64,000 nt of DNA from Candidatus Omnitrophota bacterium (GTDB taxonomy: Bacteria > Omnitrophota > Omnitrophia > Omnitrophales > JACROU01): positions 132,765 through 196,764 of the forward strand of contig JAJDCD010000004.1 in assembly GCA_029261035.1 (NCBI GenBank). Reading direction: 5' to 3'. The notes below the pieces were generated by a model. That model was not told the DNA's origin, ran no database searches, and saw only the letters and a list, made by a program, of their open reading frames with translations. The position numbers and the translations under genes were made by a program. This document shows positions 49,142 to 58,330 of the stretch, one piece after another (the stretch's first letter is position 1; each line of letters starts with the position of its first letter).

Positions 49142-51295
49142 TTATAAATTAGAAATACAAGAAAGATCCGCAACCGAATCAACGTAAAGAGAGTTAATCT
49201 TTCTCAATAACGCCTGTCGATTCGCCCGCACTTTTTGATCTTCTGCATTCACAAGCACTCCATCAAAAAATTGATGAATCGGCTCATAAAAAATATCTCC
49301 ATAAAACTCAGTTGCCTCAGCATAGTGCTTACCGACAAGTTTTTCTTTAAACTGAGCTTCATTGGATTCAAACACTTCAAACAACTGCTTCTCTAAATTT
49401 TCTTGAAGCAACTCTTTCTTAATTTGGGTTGGAATCTCATCTTTAACACCTTTGAGAATTCGCCCCGTTCTTTCTACAACCTTGGCAGCTCGTGTGAACT
49501 TGCCTGTTTGCTTCTTAGCATATTTGTTCAGAAGTTCGAATTTCTGATACACATCGCTCAAATCATCAAACCCCGTCTCCAAAATCGCTTGCAAGATTTC
49601 GTAAGACTGCGTTCCTGATTTTGCTTCCAGCTCATAAACCAAACGTTCTTTAATAAAGGAGTTTAGCTTCTTCCCTGTCTCCGCATTAAACTCAGAAACT
49701 TTATTTCCATAAAGCTCTTTCGCCTTTTCGATCAATGCCAATAAAGAAAAAGAAAAACCAAATGCACGAATGGTTTTAACAACACCCCCACAAGCACGTC
49801 TCAGCGCATACGGATCCTGGCTTCCCGTTGGGATTAACCCAGAACCAAAAGCCCCTACTAATGTATCTAATTTTTCAATTATGGCTAACAGAGCACCCGT
49901 AGAATTCATTTGTTTCTTTAATGCAGAAAAACTTAAATTCAGACTCTTAGGCCAATAATGGGCATCAATGGCCTTGGCTACTTCCGATCTTTCCTTACTG
50001 AAGGTAGCATATTCTGCCCCCATCACACCTTGAAGTTCAGGGAATTCAAACACCATCGAAGTAACTAAATCTGCCTTACACAGCTCGGCAGCACGGACCA
50101 AATCTTGTTTCTCTTGCTCTGAGATACCAATAGAATCTGATAAGAATAAAGCAAGTTGCTTTAAACGTCCAGTCTTTTCGTAGACCGTTCCCAGTTTCCC
50201 TAAAAAGACAATTCCTTTAAGCTTAGACACCTTATTTTCCAAGGGTTCGCGCGTATCTTCCTGATAAAAAAACTGAGCGTCTCTCAAACGACTTTCAAGC
50301 ACATTTTGATAGTCTGCAGAGACCTTTTTTGCATTCTTTCTTTTTCCATTCAAAACAGCCACAAACTCTGGCACCAACTTACCTTTTGTGGAGAAACAAG
50401 CAAAAATTTTCTGGTTCTTTTTCATACAGGTTGAAAGCACCTGACTCGGCAGCTTGAGGAAGCTTTTATCAAACGATCCCGAACAAGCAAATGGCTCTTC
50501 GACCAGATCCGTAATTTCTTCAACCAGCCCCGCGTCAAAGTAATCCGCATTCCACGATTTCTTCTTTGCCAGTTGGTTAATTTGTTTTACCACCAAAGAG
50601 CGTCTTTCTTTACGATTCAAAATAACGTGATTTTTCTTAAGAAGCTTTTCATATTCTGCAATGCGCTTCACTTTAAACTCTTTTGGAGAAAGAAAACGAT
50701 GCCCTCGGGACACATTCCCCGTTTTAACTCCTGCAAACTCAAAAGGAACCACTTTATCTTTATATAAAGACAACAACCAACGCACAGGTCGTGTAAAACG
50801 AATTCCTGTTTCTTCCCACCGCATATTTTTAGAAAAAGGTAGCTTTTGAATCAATGTCTTTAACAACTCTGGCACAATCGCTGTGGATTTTTTAGATGAC
50901 TCAGAGACACGTGCAATAATGTACGTTCCCTTGTCTGTTTTTTCTTGAGTTGTTTTTGCTAGGGTTACACCTTTGGATTGAAGAAAACCTTGAAGCGCTT
51001 TTGTTGGCTTTCCATCTGCATCAAAGGCTTTATCAACAGAAGGCCCTCTATGTACTTTATCGGATACCTTTTGCTTATCAGAAACACCCTCAAACAAAAA
51101 TACAATTCGACGGGGCGTTGTATTAATCTGTAATGAGGAGTACTCCAAACGATACTCTTGAAACAAATCGCTCGCTAACTTCTCCCAAGCTCCCGATGTT
51201 ACGAAACGCCAATGACTGAGAGGAAGTTCTTCAACTCCGATTTCCAGTAACAAACGATTACTCTCTGATTTTAATATTTTCTTTTTGTCTGCCAT
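49142..51295 (-). CDS. glyS: Glycine--tRNA ligase beta subunit
   Basis: LLEIGVEELP, TPRR, RPVRWL, RLRDAQFF, KADL..MVFEFPELQG, GSQDPYALRR; ATG overlaps the glyQ stop. Confidence 0.96.
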   Translation of the reverse strand: MADKKKILKSESNRLLLEIGVEELPLSHWRFVTSGAWEKLASDLFQEYRLEYSSLQINTTPRRIVFLFEGVSDKQKVSDKVHRGPSVDKAFDADGKPTKALQGFLQSKGVTLAKTTQEKTDKGTYIIARVSESSKKSTAIVPELLKTLIQKLPFSKNMRWEETGIRFTRPVRWLLSLYKDKVVPFEFAGVKTGNVSRGHRFLSPKEFKVKRIAEYEKLLKKNHVILNRKERRSLVVKQINQLAKKKSWNADYFDAGLVEEITDLVEEPFACSGSFDKSFLKLPSQVLSTCMKKNQKIFACFSTKGKLVPEFVAVLNGKRKNAKKVSADYQNVLESRLRDAQFFYQEDTREPLENKVSKLKGIVFLGKLGTVYEKTGRLKQLALFLSDSIGISEQEKQDLVRAAELCKADLVTSMVFEFPELQGVMGAEYATFSKERSEVAKAIDAHYWPKSLNLSFSALKKQMNSTGALLAIIEKLDTLVGAFGSGLIPTGSQDPYALRRACGGVVKTIRAFGFSFSLLALIEKAKELYGNKVSEFNAETGKKLNSFIKERLVYELEAKSGTQSYEILQAILETGFDDLSDVYQKFELLNKYAKKQTGKFTRAAKVVERTGRILKGVKDEIPTQIKKELLQENLEKQLFEVFESNEAQFKEKLVGKHYAEATEFYGDIFYEPIHQFFDGVLVNAEDQKVRANRQALLRKINSLYVDSVADLSCISNL

Positions 51296-52194
51296 TACTT
51301 TTTCTTCTTCCCTGACTTTAGTAACGGGAATCCTAACACACGTCTTTTTTCTAAATAGGCCTCTGCACATCCTTTGGCAATACCTCTAACACGTCCAATA
51401 TAGCGGGGCCGTTCAGTAACACTAATAGCACCACGGGCATCCAAAAGATTAAACGCGTGTGACGCTTTCATACAAAAGTCATAGGCGGGTAAAACAAGAT
51501 TTTTTTCTAAAATACGTTTTGCTTCCGATTCGTACTCATCAAAGTGACGCAACAACATCTCGACATTGGCCTCTTCAAAATTAAAAGCGGAGAACTCTTT
51601 CTCCCCTTCTAAATGAACATCGCCATAAGTTTCTTTTCCATTCCAATCAATATCGAACATCGAATCTCTGTTTTGAAGAAACATCGCAATCCGTTCTAAA
51701 CCATATGTAATTTCTATGGGGATCACTTCCAAATCAATACCACCGCATTGTTGAAAATAAGTAAACTGCGTAATTTCTAAACTATCAATCCAAACTTCCC
51801 AACCTAAACCCCAAGCCCCTAAAGTTGGAGACTCCCAGTCATCTTCCACGAAACGTAAATCAAATTCATCCACGTTAATTCCAATATAACGAAGGCTTTC
51901 TAAATAAAGTTCCTGAATGTTTTTTGGAGAGGGTTTTAGAATTACTTGATATTGATAATAGTGTTGTGTTCTCAGTGGGTTCTCACCATAACGCCCATCC
52001 GTAGGACGACGCGAAGGTTCCACATAAGCGGCACTCCAAGGTTCCGGACCTAATGCACGTAAAAAAGTATGTGGAGAGAATGTTCCCGCACCTTTTTCCA
52101 TATCATAAGGCTGTACAACGAGACACCCTTGGCGGGACCAAAACTGGTTTAACCGCTGAATCAGATCTTGAAAAGAAATAGTTTTTGTAGGCAT
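51295..52194 (-). CDS. glyQ: Glycine--tRNA ligase alpha subunit
   Basis: [47 protein letters not shown]. Confidence 0.97.
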   Translation of the reverse strand: MPTKTISFQDLIQRLNQFWSRQGCLVVQPYDMEKGAGTFSPHTFLRALGPEPWSAAYVEPSRRPTDGRYGENPLRTQHYYQYQVILKPSPKNIQELYLESLRYIGINVDEFDLRFVEDDWESPTLGAWGLGWEVWIDSLEITQFTYFQQCGGIDLEVIPIEITYGLERIAMFLQNRDSMFDIDWNGKETYGDVHLEGEKEFSAFNFEEANVEMLLRHFDEYESEAKRILEKNLVLPAYDFCMKASHAFNLLDARGAISVTERPRYIGRVRGIAKGCAEAYLEKRRVLGFPLLKSGKKKK

Positions 52195-52371
52195 AAGAGC
52201 CAGCTATTCTAGCAAAAAGCACCTCTCAAATCAAGAGGACTAAGCCCTTTTGAACTCAAGACTTACACAGGGCTTTAATTCCCATTTTTATAAAAAAGAG
52301 GTGGTTCGGGTTTTATCCTCTACCACCTCTTTAACTGGGAAAACTCTAATCGTTAAGAAAATATGTTCAAT

Positions 52372-52662
52372 TTACACGCGAATCTGGCTTTTAATCCTCT
52401 CAAAGGTCTTGGGGCCAATACCCTTTACATTGACGATTTCGTCAATAGAATCAAAGGTTTGATAGACCCTTCGATACTCCAGAATCCGATCCGCGTACTT
52501 AGGACCAATACCCGTAATTTGCTGCAATTCTTCCTTTGTGGCTGTATTGATATTGATCTGGGTTCCTTCAGGTTGAGGGATTTCCTCTGCATTTACTGAG
52601 GACACCCCCATCAAGGCCACCAGACCCAAACAGACTAGAATTAGCTTACTTCGATTCATCAC
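52372..52662 (-). CDS. comEA: ComEA-family helix-hairpin-helix DNA-binding protein
   Basis: Signal peptide; ININTATKEELQQITGIGPKYA..I...R; VKGIGPKT. Confidence 0.88.
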   Translation of the reverse strand: MMNRSKLILVCLGLVALMGVSSVNAEEIPQPEGTQININTATKEELQQITGIGPKYADRILEYRRVYQTFDSIDEIVNVKGIGPKTFERIKSQIRV

Positions 52663-52692
52663 ACCGTTCTCCTTTCGTATTAGAGTAAAAGG

Positions 52693-52721
52693 AGCTTAAT
52701 TCATTATTGATTTATTGTCAA
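52693..52721 (-). promoter_or_regulatory. Putative sigma-70 promoter for comEA
   Basis: TTGACA-17 bp-TAAGCT on the minus strand. Confidence 0.55.
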
Positions 52722-52789
52722 TATTTAATTTAATATACTAAATATTCATATTTTGCGCTTTTTGTTTTTATTTTTCCCAATCATGTCTA

Positions 52790-52818
52790 TTGCTTAAACA
52801 GATCGATAGCGCTATAAT
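52790..52818 (+). promoter_or_regulatory. Putative sigma-70 promoter for the XRE regulator
   Basis: TTGCTT-17 bp-TATAAT. Confidence 0.55.
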
Positions 52819-52827
52819 CTTTTCACT

Positions 52828-53391
52828 TTGGAGGAAGTAAATTTGGATATCGGTTTTCGCATTCGACAAGTTAGGAAAGAAAAAAACATCACTCTTGTTG
52901 AGCTTTCTAAATCAACAGATGTTGCTCAAGCCACTCTCTCTCGTATTGAAACTGGAGATATGACGGGGACTTTAGAGTGTCATAGTAAAGTTGCCAACTC
53001 TCTCGGTATGAGTTTGAGCGAACTTTATGAAGGTATCGATAACCGTTCTGCTAAAACCAAGATTACCAAAAATGGAACTGCCGAACTTCTTTCTAAAAGT
53101 ACGGATCAAATCCGCAGCGAAATTTTAACTTCAAAAGCTTTAAAGAAAAAACTCCTCCCTATCAAAACAACTCTTAAACCAAATTCAAAGTCCGAACCTG
53201 AAAAGGCTGAGAAAGCGACTGAGAAATTTGTTTATTGTACAGAAGGTCAAATCACGGTTTATCTCAATAATGAAGGTCATGATTTAGAAACGGAAGAAAG
53301 TATTTATTTTGATGGGTCTTTACCACACAGCTTCGAAAACAAAACCGCTAAGGTTGCAAAACTCATTAGCGTTACTTCTCCACCCGCGTAA
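52828..53391 (+). CDS. XRE-family HTH regulator with cupin domain (true start probably TTG 52843)
   Basis: IGFRIRQVRK..ITLVELS...QATLSRIETG HTH; cupin ESIYFDGSLPHSFEN; GGAGG 8 nt before TTG 52843. Confidence 0.9.
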   Translation: MEEVNLDIGFRIRQVRKEKNITLVELSKSTDVAQATLSRIETGDMTGTLECHSKVANSLGMSLSELYEGIDNRSAKTKITKNGTAELLSKSTDQIRSEILTSKALKKKLLPIKTTLKPNSKSEPEKAEKATEKFVYCTEGQITVYLNNEGHDLETEESIYFDGSLPHSFENKTAKVAKLISVTSPPA

Positions 53392-53407
53392 ACTTTTTTA
53401 AATCGAA

Positions 53408-54490
53408 TTATTCCTGAGCCAAAACATTTTTATAAATTTCTAATGTTTCTTTCGCTGTTTTTTCCCAGCTAAATTCTGCAGCTTTCATTTGTCCTTTATG
53501 CACCAGCTCTTTTCTTAATTGATCATCTACGAGTATGTTTTCGATACCGATCGAGATTTCTTCTATGTCGTAAGGGTTTACTAGTTCTGCTGAGTCTTTG
53601 CCTAATTCTCCGAGACTGGAGTTGTTCGAGCAAAGCACGGGTGTTCCGCAATGAAAGGCTTCGATGAGCGGTAAACCGAATCCTTCGTACAAAGAAACAA
53701 AAGCTACCATTTCGGCTGCGCTATAAGCACAGCTGAGTATTTCGTCCGAAACGAACCCGGTGGTGATGACGTCTTCTTCTAATCCGTTTTGTTTGACGGC
53801 CTTTTCGAACTCGCTACTTCCCCATTGTTTTGCGCCGACGACTAAGAGTTTGGGGATGTCTTTTCTTCTTTTTTTGACTAGGTTAAATGCTTCGAGGAGT
53901 CGGACTAAGTTTTTTCTGGGTTCGATGGTTCCGACGCACAGGACGAAGGGGTCTGTGAGTCCTAGTTCTTTTTCTAAGATTTGTTTTGCGATATCTGTTG
54001 GTTTTTTGACGATGTTGTTGTCGGGTGCGATGTAGGTTACGGATATTTTTTCGGGTGCGATGCCTAAGTGTTCGATGAGGTCTTTTCTTGAGTTTTCGGA
54101 TACGGTGATGAGGTGGTCTGCTTTTTTAAAGCATTTTGGGAGCCATTTACTCCAGTAGTAGCGTGAGCTGAAAGACAAGTTTTGAGGAAATAGGTACCCG
54201 ATGATGTCGTGGGCTGTGATGATGACTTTTGAGTGTTTGAGTTTTTTGACGCCGAAGCCGGGGACGTGGAAGATATCAGCGTTGGATTGCTTGATTATGC
54301 GTGGCAGGGTTACTGCTTCCCAGTAGAGGCGGTTTGGGGTTTTTAGGTCGCCTGTGATGTTGCCGCCTACCTTTCTTAGGTCTAGGCTTGGGTCGTTGAT
54401 TTGTTCGATTGCCTTGATTAGATTGCCTACGTAACGTGGGATTCCTGTGGCGGTTCCGGTTAGGGTGTGGGTGTCTATGGTTAGGTTCAT
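53408..54490 (-). CDS. Glycosyltransferase family 4
   Basis: TGIPRY, ITAHD, VGTIEPRKN, SLYEGFGLPLIEAFHCGTPV, FSWEKTA. Confidence 0.93.
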   Translation of the reverse strand: MNLTIDTHTLTGTATGIPRYVGNLIKAIEQINDPSLDLRKVGGNITGDLKTPNRLYWEAVTLPRIIKQSNADIFHVPGFGVKKLKHSKVIITAHDIIGYLFPQNLSFSSRYYWSKWLPKCFKKADHLITVSENSRKDLIEHLGIAPEKISVTYIAPDNNIVKKPTDIAKQILEKELGLTDPFVLCVGTIEPRKNLVRLLEAFNLVKKRRKDIPKLLVVGAKQWGSSEFEKAVKQNGLEEDVITTGFVSDEILSCAYSAAEMVAFVSLYEGFGLPLIEAFHCGTPVLCSNNSSLGELGKDSAELVNPYDIEEISIGIENILVDDQLRKELVHKGQMKAAEFSWEKTAKETLEIYKNVLAQE

Positions 54491-54500
54491 TTTTTGGCCG

Positions 54501-54734
54501 CTATTTCGTTAATTGTATAGCAGCTGATGTCGCTGCTATCAGTATTAGAATTAAAAGGATTATGTATTTTCCTTTGTTTAGCTGGCGTTCTTGTTTTTTT
54601 AGCCAGCTTTTTACGATGGTTTGTTTTTTGTCGGAATACTCGCCTTTTGTTAGGCGGGCTTCGACTGCTTCTTTGCCTAGGAGTTTTAGGCTCTTTTCGA
54701 ATTCTTTCCAGTAGTGGGTATCTTCGTGTTCCAT
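54501..54734 (-). CDS. Small hypothetical protein with C-terminal TM helix
   Basis: 77-aa ORF, GAGG RBS, hydrophobic tail YIILLILILIAATSAA. Confidence 0.55.
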   Translation of the reverse strand: MEHEDTHYWKEFEKSLKLLGKEAVEARLTKGEYSDKKQTIVKSWLKKQERQLNKGKYIILLILILIAATSAAIQLTK

Positions 54735-54896
54735 GGTTATCCTCTTCGCTTTGCATGGGATTTAACGTTGGGGGTATTATACAGGAAGTGGGGGGATTTG
54801 GCACGAGTGGGGTGGTTGTTCGGTTCCCTTTGTCATCTTTGGCTTGGTTGGGGATCTGGGGGTTTTGGAGTGGTATACTTTTAGTAGAGGACGAAA

Positions 54897-55553
54897 ATGG
54901 GAAATACAATAAAAATCAAAAAACATCCTACAAAAAACAATCCTAATTATTTTTTAATAGATTCAGACTTTTTTGTTAATAGATACCTATCTAAACATTT
55001 GTCATATTTAAACCTAAACTCGGGAAATAGTGGTGAAGAATCAATAGAAAAAAGTGCTTTATGGTGGAATGAAATTAATTCTCAGCTAAAAAATGAAATA
55101 GCTTATCTATTTATTCCAAATGTTTGCATTTCAGAGACATTTAAAGTCCTAGCTAAAAGACAATACGACAAAGATGAAAAAATCATTAAGAAATATAAAT
55201 ATTACAAGGAGTTAATCGATGAAATTTCAGAAGATCTTCATGTCAACCCTAAACTTCCCGAAACACAGAAGAAAAAACAAAGAATTCATGACCTAGAAAC
55301 AAACCGTGATATTGTTATTGGAACAGATAGATTTTTAAGGTTAATAATGAAAAATGGTTATAAAACAATATCAACATTTGATTTAATGTTGCTAGTTCAT
55401 GGAAAGTTGCTTTTGAAACATTACAACTTTAATAAGAGAAATCTCTTTATTATTACAGGAGATAAAACGCTATACAATGCCTCTAAACCATTTCCTGATA
55501 TTCCACGAGTATGCTGTCCTAACATAAACTCATTTGATAGTTCATTCGATTAA
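54897..55553 (+). CDS. PIN-domain nuclease-like protein
   Basis: PIN acidic pattern: FLIDSDFF, IPNVCISE, STFDLML, IITGDKTL. Confidence 0.75.
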   Translation: MGNTIKIKKHPTKNNPNYFLIDSDFFVNRYLSKHLSYLNLNSGNSGEESIEKSALWWNEINSQLKNEIAYLFIPNVCISETFKVLAKRQYDKDEKIIKKYKYYKELIDEISEDLHVNPKLPETQKKKQRIHDLETNRDIVIGTDRFLRLIMKNGYKTISTFDLMLLVHGKLLLKHYNFNKRNLFIITGDKTLYNASKPFPDIPRVCCPNINSFDSSFD

Positions 55554-55643
55554 ACCCAACGCATTCAATTTTAAAGGTTTAATACCAAAATCGAATTCTA
55601 GATAGATTGGATACGTAGTTTACGAGCGTTAAAACAATAACTG

Positions 55644-58058
55644 CTAAAATGGTAAAGAAGATTTATTTTTAAGTAAATAATATTTTGCATGTGCAATCAA
55701 GAAAACCTTGTTTCTAAAGAAAAAGAACCTTTTTTCTCCTAACTTCTTTTTCAAAATCTTAACATCATCGAATGGTTTATCGGCCTTTTTATCATAACCT
55801 AGCATGTAACTCTTATTAAACAAAGTCTCTATTAGCTTCTCTTTTTTTAACTGATTAAACTTAAACTCTCTAAGAATCTTGATAAATTTCCTATACTCAA
55901 TCTGCTTACCATGATACTCTTGCAACCTTGTAAGAATTTCGGATATTTCTGGAAACTCAGCCCTTGTTTCTGCTATTAAATTATTATTCAAAAACTCTGT
56001 ATAACTTGTAATAGCATATTTTAAGTCCTTTCTATCTACTTTGTGATTGCCATTATTGATAGCAGACTCGAATAACTTTGCAACAAAATATATTAAGTCT
56101 CTTGGACGCTTCGTAATAATCTCCTGTATTATTTCAAAAGGGTGCCTTTTCTCTTTAAAGTTAAAAAATTCCCTCCATGCTTTTTTTTCTAACAATTCAC
56201 TGTCGGACTCATCCAATTTTAATATATGCGCAAATCTATTCTCAATTAACTTTTTTAATAGGCCCGGATAATCTTCCCAGTTTATATAGTGAGCCATAAG
56301 AACTAACTTATCAGGCTCTGCTACCTCGTTGCGAATATAGTTGAATATATCTTCTCTTAAAAAAATAATTTGTTTAACCTCAACCTGAGAATCTTTACTA
56401 AGTAATTCTTTTTGTATTTTATTTTCTATCTCTAATAAAGTACTCATCATCTCTGATTGTATTTTAAGATCATTTTTGGGATCCCAAGTCTTATCTAAAT
56501 TGTCTGCTAAAACAATCACTTTATAGTATTTTTTTCTAATTGATGTAAAGTAATTACGCAAACATGCAGTTAATGGCGAAAGGTATTCTTTAAAAAGAGT
56601 CTCCATGACCTCGGGACCGGAAATCTCCCTTGAATTTGTTCTTCTAACATTAACTTCTCGAACAACTCCAAAAAAGTTAAGCTTAGTGAACTCTTCATTT
56701 TTTTCTACAAAATTTATTATAGCTTCCTCCTCATCAGTCATTGTTACACTATTTTTTTCATCAAGTATACGCTCCACAATAGAAATAGCTAGTTTTGAAA
56801 AAATTACTAATTTCCACACAGCAACAAAAAAGCTTATTCTAGAAGAATCAAATAGTTTGGACAGCTGAATGTCATCAAGCAATTCATCAGACTCAGGTTT
56901 CAAACTAACAATATAATTATTTTTTTCTTCTGGCAAATCATCAGATAATTTGATGTAGATAGCAGATTTTCCACTACCTTTTCGCCCAACAACAATCGAC
57001 TTTTTATAATTTAATGCTTTTTGATATGAAGCAGTATTAACAAAATAACTTAAGAGTTCCCGACTCTCATTCTCTGCTATGTCACACCCAATACCCAACT
57101 CGATTAAATTTGTTTCATGTTCTATGATTTCACTCTTCTCTTGCGTTGTATCAAAAGCTAGTTGTTTGTCCAACCAAGGACTAATAAATTCCTTTATTTC
57201 ATCAGAAATTTCATAAGTAACCAAAATATCATGGTAATCTAAAGGTGGTTTGAACTTTGCAGGTGCAAGCAACAAAACATCACATCCCCATCCACAAGCA
57301 ACTCCAGCATAAAAAGCATTTTTTGCGTTTTCCATAAATGAATTTTGATAATTCTCTCCTAAAAGATGAATAAGAACCACTCTTGCCTTTAAAAGGTTCT
57401 GAAAATACCAAGTTAATGTTTGATATTTAATTTCAGATAAATCATCTGCAACAAGAGATAGTGACTTATTGTCTTTATAATCAATAATATGGTCCGTAAG
57501 CTCTATTGAATCTTGAGTTGCAAGTTTACTTTGAATATAAAATATGTCTGTACTTTTAGAGGTTAGATTTTTAAAATTCACAAACTTATTTAAAAGATTA
57601 TTTTCAAAGCTTTTTTGCTGAAGGGCTTTCTGGATACAATATGAATTTTTAAAAGGTATATAACGAATATCTTTTAGAATAAATTCTTTGTAAATCTTAT
57701 TGGGAAACCCAAGCTCATTATTAACACTAATATTTTCATTAATTAAGATTAGAATATATTTATTTTTTGCTATAGCATATCCAAGCTCAAACAAAACATT
57801 GTGATTAAAATACGTCAGATCACACACAAAAACTTCACTTCCGTCAATTGCTGAAAGGATTTCCTTACTAATTGTAGTTGTTTGTTTATATTCCTCCCAA
57901 CTTCTAGCTTTATAAGTTTTTTGGTGTTGATTAAAGGCTTCAATCGCCTTTTTAATTGATTCAACATTGTTATCAGCTAACCCATTAGAACGTCCTTGAT
58001 AAGCAAAAAATATTTTTTTTTGTGGTAATTCAGAATTTTTTGATACCATTATTACCAA
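55644..58058 (-). CDS. Nucleoside 2-deoxyribosyltransferase/TIR-like domain(s) fused to a P-loop ATPase (Sll1717/FunZ-like)
   Basis: N-terminal IFFAY...VFVCDLT..NHNVLFELGYA; Walker A VVGRKGSGKS; Walker B VIVLADNLD; FLREDI; RPRDLI. Confidence 0.75.
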   Translation of the reverse strand: MVIMVSKNSELPQKKIFFAYQGRSNGLADNNVESIKKAIEAFNQHQKTYKARSWEEYKQTTTISKEILSAIDGSEVFVCDLTYFNHNVLFELGYAIAKNKYILILINENISVNNELGFPNKIYKEFILKDIRYIPFKNSYCIQKALQQKSFENNLLNKFVNFKNLTSKSTDIFYIQSKLATQDSIELTDHIIDYKDNKSLSLVADDLSEIKYQTLTWYFQNLLKARVVLIHLLGENYQNSFMENAKNAFYAGVACGWGCDVLLLAPAKFKPPLDYHDILVTYEISDEIKEFISPWLDKQLAFDTTQEKSEIIEHETNLIELGIGCDIAENESRELLSYFVNTASYQKALNYKKSIVVGRKGSGKSAIYIKLSDDLPEEKNNYIVSLKPESDELLDDIQLSKLFDSSRISFFVAVWKLVIFSKLAISIVERILDEKNSVTMTDEEEAIINFVEKNEEFTKLNFFGVVREVNVRRTNSREISGPEVMETLFKEYLSPLTACLRNYFTSIRKKYYKVIVLADNLDKTWDPKNDLKIQSEMMSTLLEIENKIQKELLSKDSQVEVKQIIFLREDIFNYIRNEVAEPDKLVLMAHYINWEDYPGLLKKLIENRFAHILKLDESDSELLEKKAWREFFNFKEKRHPFEIIQEIITKRPRDLIYFVAKLFESAINNGNHKVDRKDLKYAITSYTEFLNNNLIAETRAEFPEISEILTRLQEYHGKQIEYRKFIKILREFKFNQLKKEKLIETLFNKSYMLGYDKKADKPFDDVKILKKKLGEKRFFFFRNKVFLIAHAKYYLLKNKSSLPF

Positions 58059-58170
58059 TCTCCATTAATAAATTATTTTTACAGTCCTTCAGTTGTTGCA
58101 GCCTCTGGGCTCAGTTGTTGAATGTTAAAAAAACATTCACTAAACTTTTAACTTATAACTCTCTATTCCT

Positions 58171-58199
58171 TTTATATTCTTAGAAATAAATTTTGTCAA
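58171..58199 (-). promoter_or_regulatory. Putative sigma-70 promoter for the ATPase gene
   Basis: TTGACA-17 bp-TATAAA on the minus strand. Confidence 0.45.
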
Positions 58200-58231
58200 G
58201 GAATCAAGTTTTTCTGAGGGTATTTTCAAGC

Positions 58232-58259
58232 CTGGATTCCCACCTTCACGGGAATGACA
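58232..58259. repeat. Half REP-like element at the island's right edge
   Basis: CTGGATTCCCACCTTCACGGGAATGACA. Confidence 0.75.
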
Positions 58260-58330
58260 ATTGTCTTGGATTCAGTCGTTAAATATCTAATTATACCTCT
58301 TCCCCCTCCTAAGTACGTTATAATTGGGTT

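Larger units (their letters stand above)
54890..58200. other. Low-GC accessory island with two convergent genes
   Basis: Abrupt switch to very AT-rich sequence at ~54890, with no G+T skew unlike both flanks; no integrase seen; boundaries approximate. Confidence 0.7.

Noticed and set aside
54436-54946. Overlapping ORFs 54436-54714, 54487-54909 and 54527-54946
   Set aside because: Low-complexity products of skewed sequence; only 54501-54734 has a plausible RBS and protein-like composition.
54890-58260. Prophage or integrative element explaining the island
   Set aside because: No integrase, transposase, phage gene or flanking direct repeat was found by eye.
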